DNA from: an uncultured Candidatus Poseidoniales archaeon
Lineage (GTDB): Archaea; Thermoplasmatota; Poseidoniia; Poseidoniales; Thalassarchaeaceae
DNA length: 16,603 nt
Assembly: GCA_964645485.1 (NCBI GenBank)
Contig: CAZXZO010000034.1
Location: forward strand, 1 to 16,603
Reading direction: 5' to 3'
How positions within the stretch are numbered: the first letter of the stretch is position 1; the number at the start of each line of letters is the position of its first letter. The notes under the pieces are model-generated. The model had not been told where the DNA came from and did not search any database. It saw only the letters and a program-made list of their open reading frames with translations. Positions 1 through 8,350 of this stretch are shown here, in pieces. Made by a program: the position numbers and the translations under genes.

Positions 1-69
1 CAGAATTAGATATAATCAAGCAGTGATTGTGCAAAGGGGTTGCTTAGTGACTACCGGGTGCGCAGCTTC

Positions 70-417
70 TCAGTTACCAATCAATTGGTAATCGGGAGAA
101 AGTGGTGTGGCACCGGTTTCTATGGAAATGATTTGACCGTCTTTGAACTGCATGAACGACAAGACCGCTTCGGAGTCCGAGTCATTCGCAAAGTGAATGA
201 TTGAATGAGAAACTCCAACTTCATCATTCTCATACAGAATTCGGTTGTTTTCTGCAGTCGGTTTGTTTTCACTCATCACGAAGCCCAAAATATCTGACTT
301 GCCCATGGTGACGTTACCAACGTGTGGATTGAACACAAAATCATCGTGGATGATCATTTCAAGTGTTTCGATATCTCCCATATCCAGGGCTCCATTGTAT
401 GCTTCTATGATTGACAT
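70..417 (-). CDS. NTF2/SnoaL-like small protein (nuclear transport factor 2 fold), function unknown
   Basis: 115 aa ORF, ATG at 415-417 and TGA at 70-72. N-terminal helix AYNGALDMGDIETLEMIIHDDFVF matches the SnoaL-like 'gDxxxlxxllxddfvf' pattern, followed by beta-rich segments and a terminal FKDGQIISIETG strand pair. Confidence 0.7.
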   Translation of the reverse strand: MSIIEAYNGALDMGDIETLEMIIHDDFVFNPHVGNVTMGKSDILGFVMSENKPTAENNRILYENDEVGVSHSIIHFANDSDSEAVLSFMQFKDGQIISIETGATPLSPDYQLIGN

Positions 418-440
418 GAATCAATCTAATGGCGCTCCCT

Positions 441-446
441 GTTTAA
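441..446 (-). promoter_or_regulatory. Possible TATA-like box (TTAAAC on the minus strand) for the NTF2-like gene
   Basis: GTTTAA on the + strand lies 24-29 nt upstream of the ATG at 417, the spacing expected for a leaderless archaeal transcript. Positional evidence only. Confidence 0.3.
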
Positions 447-461
447 CTCAATCGGTAGCAC

Positions 462-2135
462 CTAGGTAAGGTCAAGGTTGTAGTGAAGTCCAACATTCAC
501 TTTTCTAGCCAAAGAAGCAGCCATTATCATCTGCGCTAATTGCACCATATTTCTCAACTCAACAATTTCCCTTGAAGGCAGACAGCGCCGCCAAATGCGT
601 TCAACTTCTTCATTGAGTAAGGCCAATCTTCTCTGTGCTCTTTTCATTCTCCAGTTACTCTTCACTAGTCCCACATCATCACTCATTGTGGAGCGTAGTT
701 GTGCTCGGTCATGCACCAAAGGCGCGTGTTCCTCTAAGTCTGCAAGTCCATCAGCCCGCCATTCGGGTAGGCCGGTTTTTTCTTGTCCCGCGGTCTCTAA
801 CCACTCAAGCACCCTAACCCCTGCCCGGTGAGAGAATACCACAGCCTCAAGCAATGAGTTACTGGCCAGTCGGTTCGCCCCGTGAAGTCCGGTGCAAGCA
901 GTTTCACCAATAGCAAATAATCCGTCGACTAATCTGTCACTTTTCGTACTAAATGTTGGATCATCTGAGTTGAGGTCGCGTTGCCAAACTTCCCCCCACT
1001 CATTAACCGCCAATCCCCCTACAATGTAGTGTGCGGCTGGTGCCACGGGGATTGCATCAATGCCTATTTTTAAGCCGTTTTTGAGCATTTTATTGGCTAT
1101 ATTCGGGAATCTTGATGCAAGATGTTCAGCATCTAAATGCTCTGTCACTAACAATACATGATGGCGGCCACTGCGTTTCAATTCAGTATCAATAGCCCTC
1201 GCGACAATGTCGCGGGTTGCAAGACTTCCTCTAGCATCAGTTTGGCGCATGAATGAGAAATCGTTTGGGTCAGCCGAAGAGTCGGTTTGTTTTGCTTGAT
1301 GCCAGTTTTCAAGATCTTCTGCAGTCATCAAGACTGCGCCATCACCTCTGACTGCCTCCGAAATTAGAAATGGGTTTGAATCACCCTTGCTGTAGGCTGT
1401 TGGATGAAATTGCGCGAATTCAAGGTCGCCAACAGCAGCCCCGGCTCTAACAGCCATCGAGATTCCATCACCGGTTGCAACCGATGGATTTGTGGTGTGT
1501 CGCCATAATTGTCCAGCACCACCAGTAGCAATTAGAACAGCGCGGCTTGGCAAAGTGAAAACAGAGCCATCAGAATTGAGACACCAAAGACCTGCGATTT
1601 TTCTTTCATTAGAATCACGGTCATCTAAAATGAGGTCAAGAGCGAGGCAATCTTCGTAGATTGTAATCCTCTCCTCCGTACGACAGGAAGCAATCAGTGC
1701 ACGCTCGATTTCAGCACCTGTCGCATCTTTTGTGTGTAGAATCCGACGTTCTTTGTGCCCACCTTCCATGGCTAAATCGTAAGCACCACTCTCTTCTTTG
1801 TCAAAATTCACACCCTCATTAATCAAGTCTTGAATTCTCGCGGCGGCCTCTTGTACAACCATACGAACAATTTTCTCGTCCCCTATTCCTCCCCCTGCCT
1901 CAAGGGTGTCAAGGATGTGTGCCTCTACTGCTTCTGAGTCATTAGTGTCAAGAACTCCTGCAATACCTCCCTGGGCTCGATTAGTTGAGGAGTCTGAAAG
2001 ACGTTGTTTAGTTACTAATGCAACGTTTTGTCCAGCCCGTGCACAACGGGTTGCGACGAACAGTCCAGCAATCCCTGAGCCGACTATGGTTACATCTACC
2101 ATACTGGGGTCTCCGGGCCATCGCCTCATACTCAT
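462..2135 (-). CDS. nadB: L-aspartate oxidase (FAD-dependent, first step of de novo NAD synthesis)
   Basis: 557 aa. FAD-binding VTIVGSGIAGL, SSTNRAQGGIA, EGGHKERRILH, ATGGAGQLW..TTNP..ATGDG, QFHPT, LISEAVRGDGA, APAAHYIVGG and TGLHGANRLASNSLLEAVVF, all typical of NadB in the SdhA/FrdA superfamily. It has AQGG rather than the covalent-FAD His motif of SdhA. Start may be 2135 or 2129. Confidence 0.92.
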   Translation of the reverse strand: MSMRRWPGDPSMVDVTIVGSGIAGLFVATRCARAGQNVALVTKQRLSDSSTNRAQGGIAGVLDTNDSEAVEAHILDTLEAGGGIGDEKIVRMVVQEAAARIQDLINEGVNFDKEESGAYDLAMEGGHKERRILHTKDATGAEIERALIASCRTEERITIYEDCLALDLILDDRDSNERKIAGLWCLNSDGSVFTLPSRAVLIATGGAGQLWRHTTNPSVATGDGISMAVRAGAAVGDLEFAQFHPTAYSKGDSNPFLISEAVRGDGAVLMTAEDLENWHQAKQTDSSADPNDFSFMRQTDARGSLATRDIVARAIDTELKRSGRHHVLLVTEHLDAEHLASRFPNIANKMLKNGLKIGIDAIPVAPAAHYIVGGLAVNEWGEVWQRDLNSDDPTFSTKSDRLVDGLFAIGETACTGLHGANRLASNSLLEAVVFSHRAGVRVLEWLETAGQEKTGLPEWRADGLADLEEHAPLVHDRAQLRSTMSDDVGLVKSNWRMKRAQRRLALLNEEVERIWRRCLPSREIVELRNMVQLAQMIMAASLARKVNVGLHYNLDLT

Positions 2136-2160
2136 ATGAATTGAAGATTACTCTTCGGGA

Positions 2161-2168
2161 TTTTAAAT
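2161..2168 (-). promoter_or_regulatory. Likely TATA box of nadB in the divergent intergenic region
   Basis: TTTTAAAT on + (ATTTAAAA on -) sits 26-33 nt upstream of the ATG at 2135. Confidence 0.4.
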
Positions 2169-2243
2169 TCTGGTGCAGGAGGGTAATGTTTTCCTATCCA
2201 TATTACACAACTACTAACAATCTCCGGCGGCTCCTTATCAATT

Positions 2244-3050
2244 GTGGCAAAGGCGAAGCCGTTGATACTCGCTATAGTAGGAGTCCTTCTACTGTCTTTT
2301 GTGGTTTACAATGTGGAAGTTGGATTATACTACTTCCAGTATCCTGACCAATTAGTTCACTACAAAATGGAAATCATTGAAATTATATCTGGTAATTGTG
2401 ATAGAAATACAATAAATGCAGATTTGGCGGACCATCAGAGCAATCAATGTCTATCCCCCTTAGGGACTTATTATGCAATTGATGTGATAATTGCAGCAAT
2501 AGGATTTGTCTTTTCAATTTCAGCACCGATTGCTGCATTGAAGCAATCTGGCAAATTAAAAGCTTCAAGAGGTTGGTCAAAAAACTTGGCTCGACTTCGC
2601 TTGGTATTCGGTATTAGTTTGGTGACAATTGCAGTTTCTGATGCGCTGGGGTTGCTAACAACAGAGGGACAACCTCTTGATTGGGCACTGGTTCTTGGGA
2701 TACCGATGCCTGCGTTCATAGTTGAAGTCTCACTCCTGATTTTGGGGGTCATGGTCATCAAAAAGGCTGTACGCACGCTCAAGTCAAAACCGAAATCAGA
2801 ATATGCCGAGCCTTGGCAAATGGCTGGTGCTGGTGGCTTCCGTGGTTCACTCGAAAAGAAAGATAAGAAATCCAAAAAAGGTGGAGTTATGACTGTTGGT
2901 GACCTTCGTTCTGCCTTGTCACTAGATCAGTATGAGGATATATTCCAACTTGGCACTAGTTCAGGTGAGGAAATGTCAGTTGGACGCATGTGTCATTACT
3001 GTAATGGCCAGGGCTGTACACAATGTGAATTCAAGGGAGAATTCGCGTAA
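2244..3050 (+). CDS. Hypothetical membrane protein (about 4 TM helices) with a Lys-rich cytoplasmic tail and a C-terminal CxxCxGxGCxxC zinc-knuckle motif
   Basis: 268 aa ORF (GTG start, TAA stop). Hydrophobic stretches: LILAIVGVLLLSFVVY, AIDVIIAAIGFVFSISAPIA, LVFGISLVTIAVSDALGLL, PAFIVEVSLLILGVMVI. Ends in CHYCNGQGCTQCEFKGEFA. Confidence 0.8.
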   Translation: MAKAKPLILAIVGVLLLSFVVYNVEVGLYYFQYPDQLVHYKMEIIEIISGNCDRNTINADLADHQSNQCLSPLGTYYAIDVIIAAIGFVFSISAPIAALKQSGKLKASRGWSKNLARLRLVFGISLVTIAVSDALGLLTTEGQPLDWALVLGIPMPAFIVEVSLLILGVMVIKKAVRTLKSKPKSEYAEPWQMAGAGGFRGSLEKKDKKSKKGGVMTVGDLRSALSLDQYEDIFQLGTSSGEEMSVGRMCHYCNGQGCTQCEFKGEFA

Positions 3051-3079
3051 GACGGTTAGATATTCCCAAAAAGGTTCAA

Positions 3080-3147
3080 TTTTTTCTCATATAGAGATTA
3101 ATTCTTGATATTTAATTTCACAGAAAACCGTTCTCTTCTGCTTTTTT
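3080..3147 (+). terminator. Possible archaeal oligo-T terminators after the membrane protein gene
   Basis: Two T6 runs (3080-3085 and 3142-3147) in an AT-rich stretch after the stop at 3050. Confidence 0.3.
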
Positions 3148-3299
3148 GAGACTTATTGATAGAATCTATGAAACGCTTGACGGCTCTTAAGTCGGGGTCT
3201 TGAAACCGCTCTCTCGCGCGTGACTGACCACTATCATTTATAGTCCCTTGAAATCCCCCGATGAAATCGTAGTCGCTTTTCGCGACCAAAAAGCAGGGG

Positions 3300-6200
3300 A
3301 TGGGTAACTTGCATCTAAAAGCAATCGAAATGGAGAATTTTAAATCATTCAAAGGAGAGGTCGTAATACCGTTTGAAGTCGGTTTTACAGGGATAACTGG
3401 GCCGAATGGTTCTGGCAAGTCAAATTGTGGAGATGCACTACAGTTTGTGTTAGGGGCTAAGAGTTCGAAAAGCCTCCGCGCTGAAAATGTAGGTCAATTG
3501 ATATTCAATGGTGGTAACCACGGGAAAGCCGCAAAAAATTGCAAAGTCACACTAGTTTTTGATAATCCAAAAGATGCCTCCGGTACTCGAAGATTGAAGG
3601 TTGACACAGACGAGGTTCTACTCACAAGAACTGTCAGATTAGGTCGTAAAGGCAATTCAAACTCTGCTTATTACCTAAATGAAAGGCCCTCTACTGCAAC
3701 TGAATTCCGCCGTCTTTTGACAGGCGCAGGTGCTAGAGGAGACGGCTATAATATCGTCCTTCAAGGAGACGTCACTCACCTAGCAACAATGACTGACCGT
3801 GCTCGACGCAAGGTTTTGGAAGATGTTGCAGGTGTAACATCCTATGACGATGAAATTCGTAAGGCGAATCGCCAGCGTGACAAAGTCGAGCAGTATCTTG
3901 AGCAGATTACTCTGCTAGAGGATGAAATCAATAAGCGAATCAAAACGCTGGCGAAAGAACGCGAGCAGGCGATGAAATATCGCGAATTGCAGGAAACCCT
4001 GGAGACTGCTCGCCGGACTTTGATGCATTCTCGTCATCGAAGCCGAATAGAAGAAATTGAATTGGTAACCGATGAAAGAGGTAACTACATTGTTCGGCTG
4101 AGTGAAATCGGCGAGGAAATCGAAGCCGATAACAAGCAAGAATTGGCAATTGAAGACGAATTGGCAGAAATTCAGCGGCAATTGAATGAGGTGTTGGGCG
4201 ATGATGGTAAGAAATTGGGCGACCAACAACGCCGACTAGAAGTCGAAGTTGAAACCAGAAAAGACCGAATTTCAGGCTTGAAAGAGGACATTTCAGATGC
4301 AAGCGATGAGCAAGAAGTTCTGCAAGCAGAACAGACTGAAGCCGAACAAGCATTAGTATCTCATGAAGAATCTCTTGATTCAGCAAGAGAAACCCTCAAG
4401 AAAGCAGAAGAGGATCTTCGAGGAGCTGCAGAGGCAGAAGAAAACGCACGCTCCGCTCTTGATTCAGGTGACAAAGTTGTCCACGAACTCAATCGTGCAT
4501 TTGGGAAGGCAACTGAAGAAGTTGAAAAGACTCAAGAAGTTGCCAATAAAGCAATTCTAAAAGTTGGTGCTGAAAGCCAAAATGTAGAATTTTTGCACCA
4601 ACAACTCGCTGACCTTGAAACAGCCCTTGATGAGGCGAGGTTGAATCGTGACGATTTATTACTCCAAGGTGAAGAACTTGATTCCAATGCACCTGAACAA
4701 GACCGCACAAAATTGGCTCAAGAGTTGGCAAGAATCCAACGCCAAGAACGAGGCTTACTAGATGATGTACAGAGGTCAGAGGACCAATTACGTGATGCAG
4801 AAATGGCCTTGGTTAGGGCTCGAGGTGAACTAGAGACCCGAAGTGGCAGCACTACTGGTATGGCTCGCGCAGTGAAGTCTGTACTAAATCTCAGAGATTC
4901 TGGTGAGGTTAGAGGAATACTTGGCTCAATGTCTGAACTTTGTGCACCCAAAGATTCGCGCGATGAAGAAGCCCTTGCTTATGCGATGGGTGGAGGCATG
5001 AACAGTATCGTAGTCCGTGACGATGAAACCGCTGCACAGTGTATCTCATGGCTACGTAAGAACAAGGCAGGGAGAGCAACTTTCCTACCGTTGAACCGTT
5101 TGCAATCTCGTCGCCCTGGCGGGCGTTCCGTGATGGTTTCACGACAACCCGGTGTAGTAGGATTCGCTTCTGACTTGTTGGAATATGATAATTCAATTGA
5201 ACTTGCAGTCATCAATGTTGTACGAGACACTCTAATTGTCGAGTCAATGGATGTTGCTCGCCGCCACATGGGTGGAGTTAGAATGGTAACTAGGACCGGT
5301 TCAGTTGTCGAAGGAAGCGGTGCAATGGTTGGCGGCTCCTCAAGAGCAAACCGGCCCCAGTTTGGCGGCAAGATGGCAGGAAGTTCTGTGGTTGAGAAGG
5401 CCGAAGAAGATGTTGAACGCCTTAGCCTAGTCGCTGAAACTGGGCGAGCGGCATTGGCAGAATTACGCCAAAGCGAGCATCAACTCCGACAACGAATTAC
5501 CAATCTTGCTAATGATGACCACGCATTTGAAGCGAGGGCATGGAAAGAAGATTTAGCCCGTGCTGAAACATCATTCAAAGATTCAGAAAGCAAAGTAAAA
5601 GTTGCACTAAAGAATTTAGAACAAGCAACTGCAAAGCAGAATAAGGCTGAAAATGCGTCTGAATTAGCCAATAATGCTCATCAAGATGCAATCCAAGCAA
5701 AGACCGATGCTGCAACGGCTCTCCAAGAAGGCAGTCCACAGCATCTTTCCCGGCGTCTTCGAGATTCACAAGAGCAACGCAACGAAGCAGAGCGAGCAAA
5801 ACTCACTGCAAAGGGGACACTTTCAGGCGGCGAGAATCAATCAATTTTGTTGACCCGCCAAATCAAGGAACTACAACGTCGTATTGATGAGCAACAATCA
5901 ATCGTTGACAAGGCTACTAAGAAAATATCAGACGCTGAATCGGAAATTGAAACCTACCAAGAGGAACTTGATACCGTTAGTGAAGCCCATTCACAAATAA
6001 CCGAGGAGTACCGAGAGTTAGATGATAATAGGATTGCATTACGTGAAGAGCGCGTCAAACTAACTACACGCTTGGAACAAAAAGTCAGGGACCGTGATGC
6101 GATAAATAAGCGAATCACAGACCTCAACCTTCAGATTCACCAGAAGAAGGAAGCACTTCGTGAACTGGATGCAGAAATGGCTGAATTAGAAATCAAGCCA

Positions 6201-7358
6201 GCCTCTGATGATGCAGTTCTCCCAACTGTTCAAGAAGCCGAGGCAGCTGTTAGGAACCTTGAGCGCAGAGTTGGCAACCTAGGGGATGTCAACATGCGGG
6301 CAATTGAACAATATGACGAGGCACAGGAGCGCAGCGACAGTTTGAGCACAGACTCAAAGCGACTACGCGAGCACCGTCAAAGTTTGATTTCACTCGAAGA
6401 CCAACTTGAGACTGAGCGTAAAGACCGCTTGACAACCGTGATGGACATAGTCAATGTCAACTTCAGTAGAGTCTACCAACATCTTCAACCGGGTGGTAAA
6501 GGCGAATTACGCTTTGAAAACCCCAAGAAACCTTTCGAAGGCGGTCTTCAGATGTGGGCAAGTCCACCAGGAAAGAAGAGTGGATTGGGATTACTATCGG
6601 GCGGTGAGAAGTCCATGGCTGCACTAGCCCTGATTTTCGCAATCCAGGATTATGAACCATCTCCATTCTACTACTTTGATGAAGTTGATCAGAATCTTGA
6701 CACCTTCAACGCTGAAAACATCGCTTCATTGTGTAGATTACGCAGTGAGCAAGCACAATTCATCATGGTAACTCTTCGTAAGGTCAGCCTACAATTGGCT
6801 GACCATCATATTGGAATCACTCACGCAGGTGATGGATGCAGTAGAAGAATAACCGATTTCGGTCGTGAGCAAGCGATTGAAGTTGGAGATGCAGCACACC
6901 AAGAACTTGAGGCAATTAAGAATACTAAAGATGCAAAGAAAGCACTTGATGAGTTGCCAGCAGTCGAAGAAATGCCAAAGGCACCAGAAGAACTCGCTAC
7001 ACCAGCAAGTCTAGGTGGCTTGGATATTGAAGATTTATTAGCTGCCAATAAAGAATCAGAATTGAAAGCAGAGGCTGAAATTGCCGAACAAGATGATACT
7101 GCCTTGGAATCCGAGGATACCCCAACTCCTGAACTAGAACAGGCAGAAACACAGGACCTCGCTGAAGAAATCGAAGATGACGGCACACTTTCATCTCTTG
7201 CAGATAGGGCAGGAGATTTCAGAGAAGATATGGAAGAAAAACTCGGAGTCGCATTGCCAATTGAGCAGGAACAAAGAGATATTCTCGATGCAAGAGACAC
7301 CGAAGAAGAGGTCGACGACCTAGATATAGATGGCATCACAAAGGATGAAGGAGAGTGA
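3300..7358 (+). CDS. smc: Chromosome segregation ATPase Smc (condensin subunit) with an acidic C-terminal extension
   Basis: 1352 aa. N-terminal LKAIEMENFKSF, Walker A GPNGSGKSN, Q-loop IVLQGDV, long coiled coils, hinge (GRATFLPLNRL; GSVVEGSGAMVGG = GX6GX3GG), signature LSGGEKS, Walker B/D-loop YYFDEVDQNLD and archaeal-type QFIMVTLR. Start may be the TTG at 3309. Confidence 0.98.
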   Translation: MGNLHLKAIEMENFKSFKGEVVIPFEVGFTGITGPNGSGKSNCGDALQFVLGAKSSKSLRAENVGQLIFNGGNHGKAAKNCKVTLVFDNPKDASGTRRLKVDTDEVLLTRTVRLGRKGNSNSAYYLNERPSTATEFRRLLTGAGARGDGYNIVLQGDVTHLATMTDRARRKVLEDVAGVTSYDDEIRKANRQRDKVEQYLEQITLLEDEINKRIKTLAKEREQAMKYRELQETLETARRTLMHSRHRSRIEEIELVTDERGNYIVRLSEIGEEIEADNKQELAIEDELAEIQRQLNEVLGDDGKKLGDQQRRLEVEVETRKDRISGLKEDISDASDEQEVLQAEQTEAEQALVSHEESLDSARETLKKAEEDLRGAAEAEENARSALDSGDKVVHELNRAFGKATEEVEKTQEVANKAILKVGAESQNVEFLHQQLADLETALDEARLNRDDLLLQGEELDSNAPEQDRTKLAQELARIQRQERGLLDDVQRSEDQLRDAEMALVRARGELETRSGSTTGMARAVKSVLNLRDSGEVRGILGSMSELCAPKDSRDEEALAYAMGGGMNSIVVRDDETAAQCISWLRKNKAGRATFLPLNRLQSRRPGGRSVMVSRQPGVVGFASDLLEYDNSIELAVINVVRDTLIVESMDVARRHMGGVRMVTRTGSVVEGSGAMVGGSSRANRPQFGGKMAGSSVVEKAEEDVERLSLVAETGRAALAELRQSEHQLRQRITNLANDDHAFEARAWKEDLARAETSFKDSESKVKVALKNLEQATAKQNKAENASELANNAHQDAIQAKTDAATALQEGSPQHLSRRLRDSQEQRNEAERAKLTAKGTLSGGENQSILLTRQIKELQRRIDEQQSIVDKATKKISDAESEIETYQEELDTVSEAHSQITEEYRELDDNRIALREERVKLTTRLEQKVRDRDAINKRITDLNLQIHQKKEALRELDAEMAELEIKPASDDAVLPTVQEAEAAVRNLERRVGNLGDVNMRAIEQYDEAQERSDSLSTDSKRLREHRQSLISLEDQLETERKDRLTTVMDIVNVNFSRVYQHLQPGGKGELRFENPKKPFEGGLQMWASPPGKKSGLGLLSGGEKSMAALALIFAIQDYEPSPFYYFDEVDQNLDTFNAENIASLCRLRSEQAQFIMVTLRKVSLQLADHHIGITHAGDGCSRRITDFGREQAIEVGDAAHQELEAIKNTKDAKKALDELPAVEEMPKAPEELATPASLGGLDIEDLLAANKESELKAEAEIAEQDDTALESEDTPTPELEQAETQDLAEEIEDDGTLSSLADRAGDFREDMEEKLGVALPIEQEQRDILDARDTEEEVDDLDIDGITKDEGE

Positions 7359-8350
7359 CTCCAATGAGTGCTCTTGATTCAGAGACACTTAGAGACGACA
7401 TCATCGCTGAGATGATTGGCCATGACGAATCACTCCCCCTCAACAAAAGTAGGTATGCAGAGCATATTCAAGAGTTAGTTGAGATGGAAGAAGCCGAACA
7501 TAAGGCTCTCAGTCACCCATTTGACAGAAGTATTGCCCTGGTTTTACAGATGTTTCAGGATGCGACACTCGACCCATGGAATGTTGACCTAAACCGCTTT
7601 ATTGAATTGTTCAAAGAACGACTTAAGGGAGCCGAAAACATCGACTTACCGACTTGTGGAAGGCTAATCCGAATGGCTTGGCAAATCCTACATGGGCAAG
7701 CCGCAAACCTGTTGGAAAGGGCAGAGAATGCAGACCAAGATATTGATGATGATTGGGATTTCATTCCGAGTTGGCAGACCGAATACGATGATGACGATTT
7801 CCATTTCACTACTACCGTCTTGGCAGGTGAAGCAGCAGAAGAATTGCCTGGCCTGTTTGATGGGCGCATCAAGAGAGATGGTGGACGGCCAGTAACTCTC
7901 GCTGAATTACTATCTTGTCTTTCAGAAGCACACGACGATGCCGAAGAGCGCCGCTTGAGAGAGAGTGCCCGAGAGGAGCATGCACTGGAAGTAAAGAAGG
8001 CAATTGCCAATGTGAAGGGTCGAGTTCATCAAGAAAATTTGGAAGAAGAAATACGTGAAACTTGGCAATCAATCCGAGAGTTATCCCCAGAAGGAGAGCC
8101 TGTTACTGTTAAATCAGTCACTGAGAAACTGAAATCTAAGGGTATTGATGCAGGTTGGGACCCCGAAGATGCTGAAGCAGAAGGTGGAATAGTTGGTTTC
8201 GTATCAGCGCTTTTCCTAACTCACAGAGGTTATACAGACATTTGGCAAGTGGAATATCCAAATGGTGAAATTTTCCTACAAGATAAGTGGCCAGAATTGG
8301 GTACTTTTGACGCGATTACCGAACATCTTGCACCAGAGGTGGCAGCATGA
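7355..8350 (+). CDS. scpA: Kleisin ScpA (segregation and condensation protein A)
   Basis: 331 aa, GTGA overlap with the smc stop (alternative ATG at 7364). Archaeal ScpA motifs LDPWNVDL, CGRLIRMAWQIL..QA..LL, RPVTLAELLSCL and a C-terminal FVSALFL winged-helix segment. Confidence 0.92.
   Translation: MTPMSALDSETLRDDIIAEMIGHDESLPLNKSRYAEHIQELVEMEEAEHKALSHPFDRSIALVLQMFQDATLDPWNVDLNRFIELFKERLKGAENIDLPTCGRLIRMAWQILHGQAANLLERAENADQDIDDDWDFIPSWQTEYDDDDFHFTTTVLAGEAAEELPGLFDGRIKRDGGRPVTLAELLSCLSEAHDDAEERRLRESAREEHALEVKKAIANVKGRVHQENLEEEIRETWQSIRELSPEGEPVTVKSVTEKLKSKGIDAGWDPEDAEAEGGIVGFVSALFLTHRGYTDIWQVEYPNGEIFLQDKWPELGTFDAITEHLAPEVAA

Noticed and set aside
245-831. Short + strand ORFs 245-469, 595-831 and 635-817
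   Set aside because: Antisense shadows of the NTF2-like gene and nadB, with no recognisable motifs.
1906-2347. ORFs 1906-2139 and 2018-2347 (+)
   Set aside because: They overlap nadB antisense and the divergent promoter region; no family motifs.
3098-3418. 106-aa minus-strand ORF across the smc upstream region
   Set aside because: Overlaps the smc start antisense and has no recognisable domain; most likely a chance ORF.
6676-6780. Smc D-loop DEVDQNLD and switch QFIMVTLR differ from bacterial DEVDAALD and ITH
   Set aside because: Leu at the switch position and variable D-loops are known in archaeal Smc proteins, so this is not evidence of inactivation.
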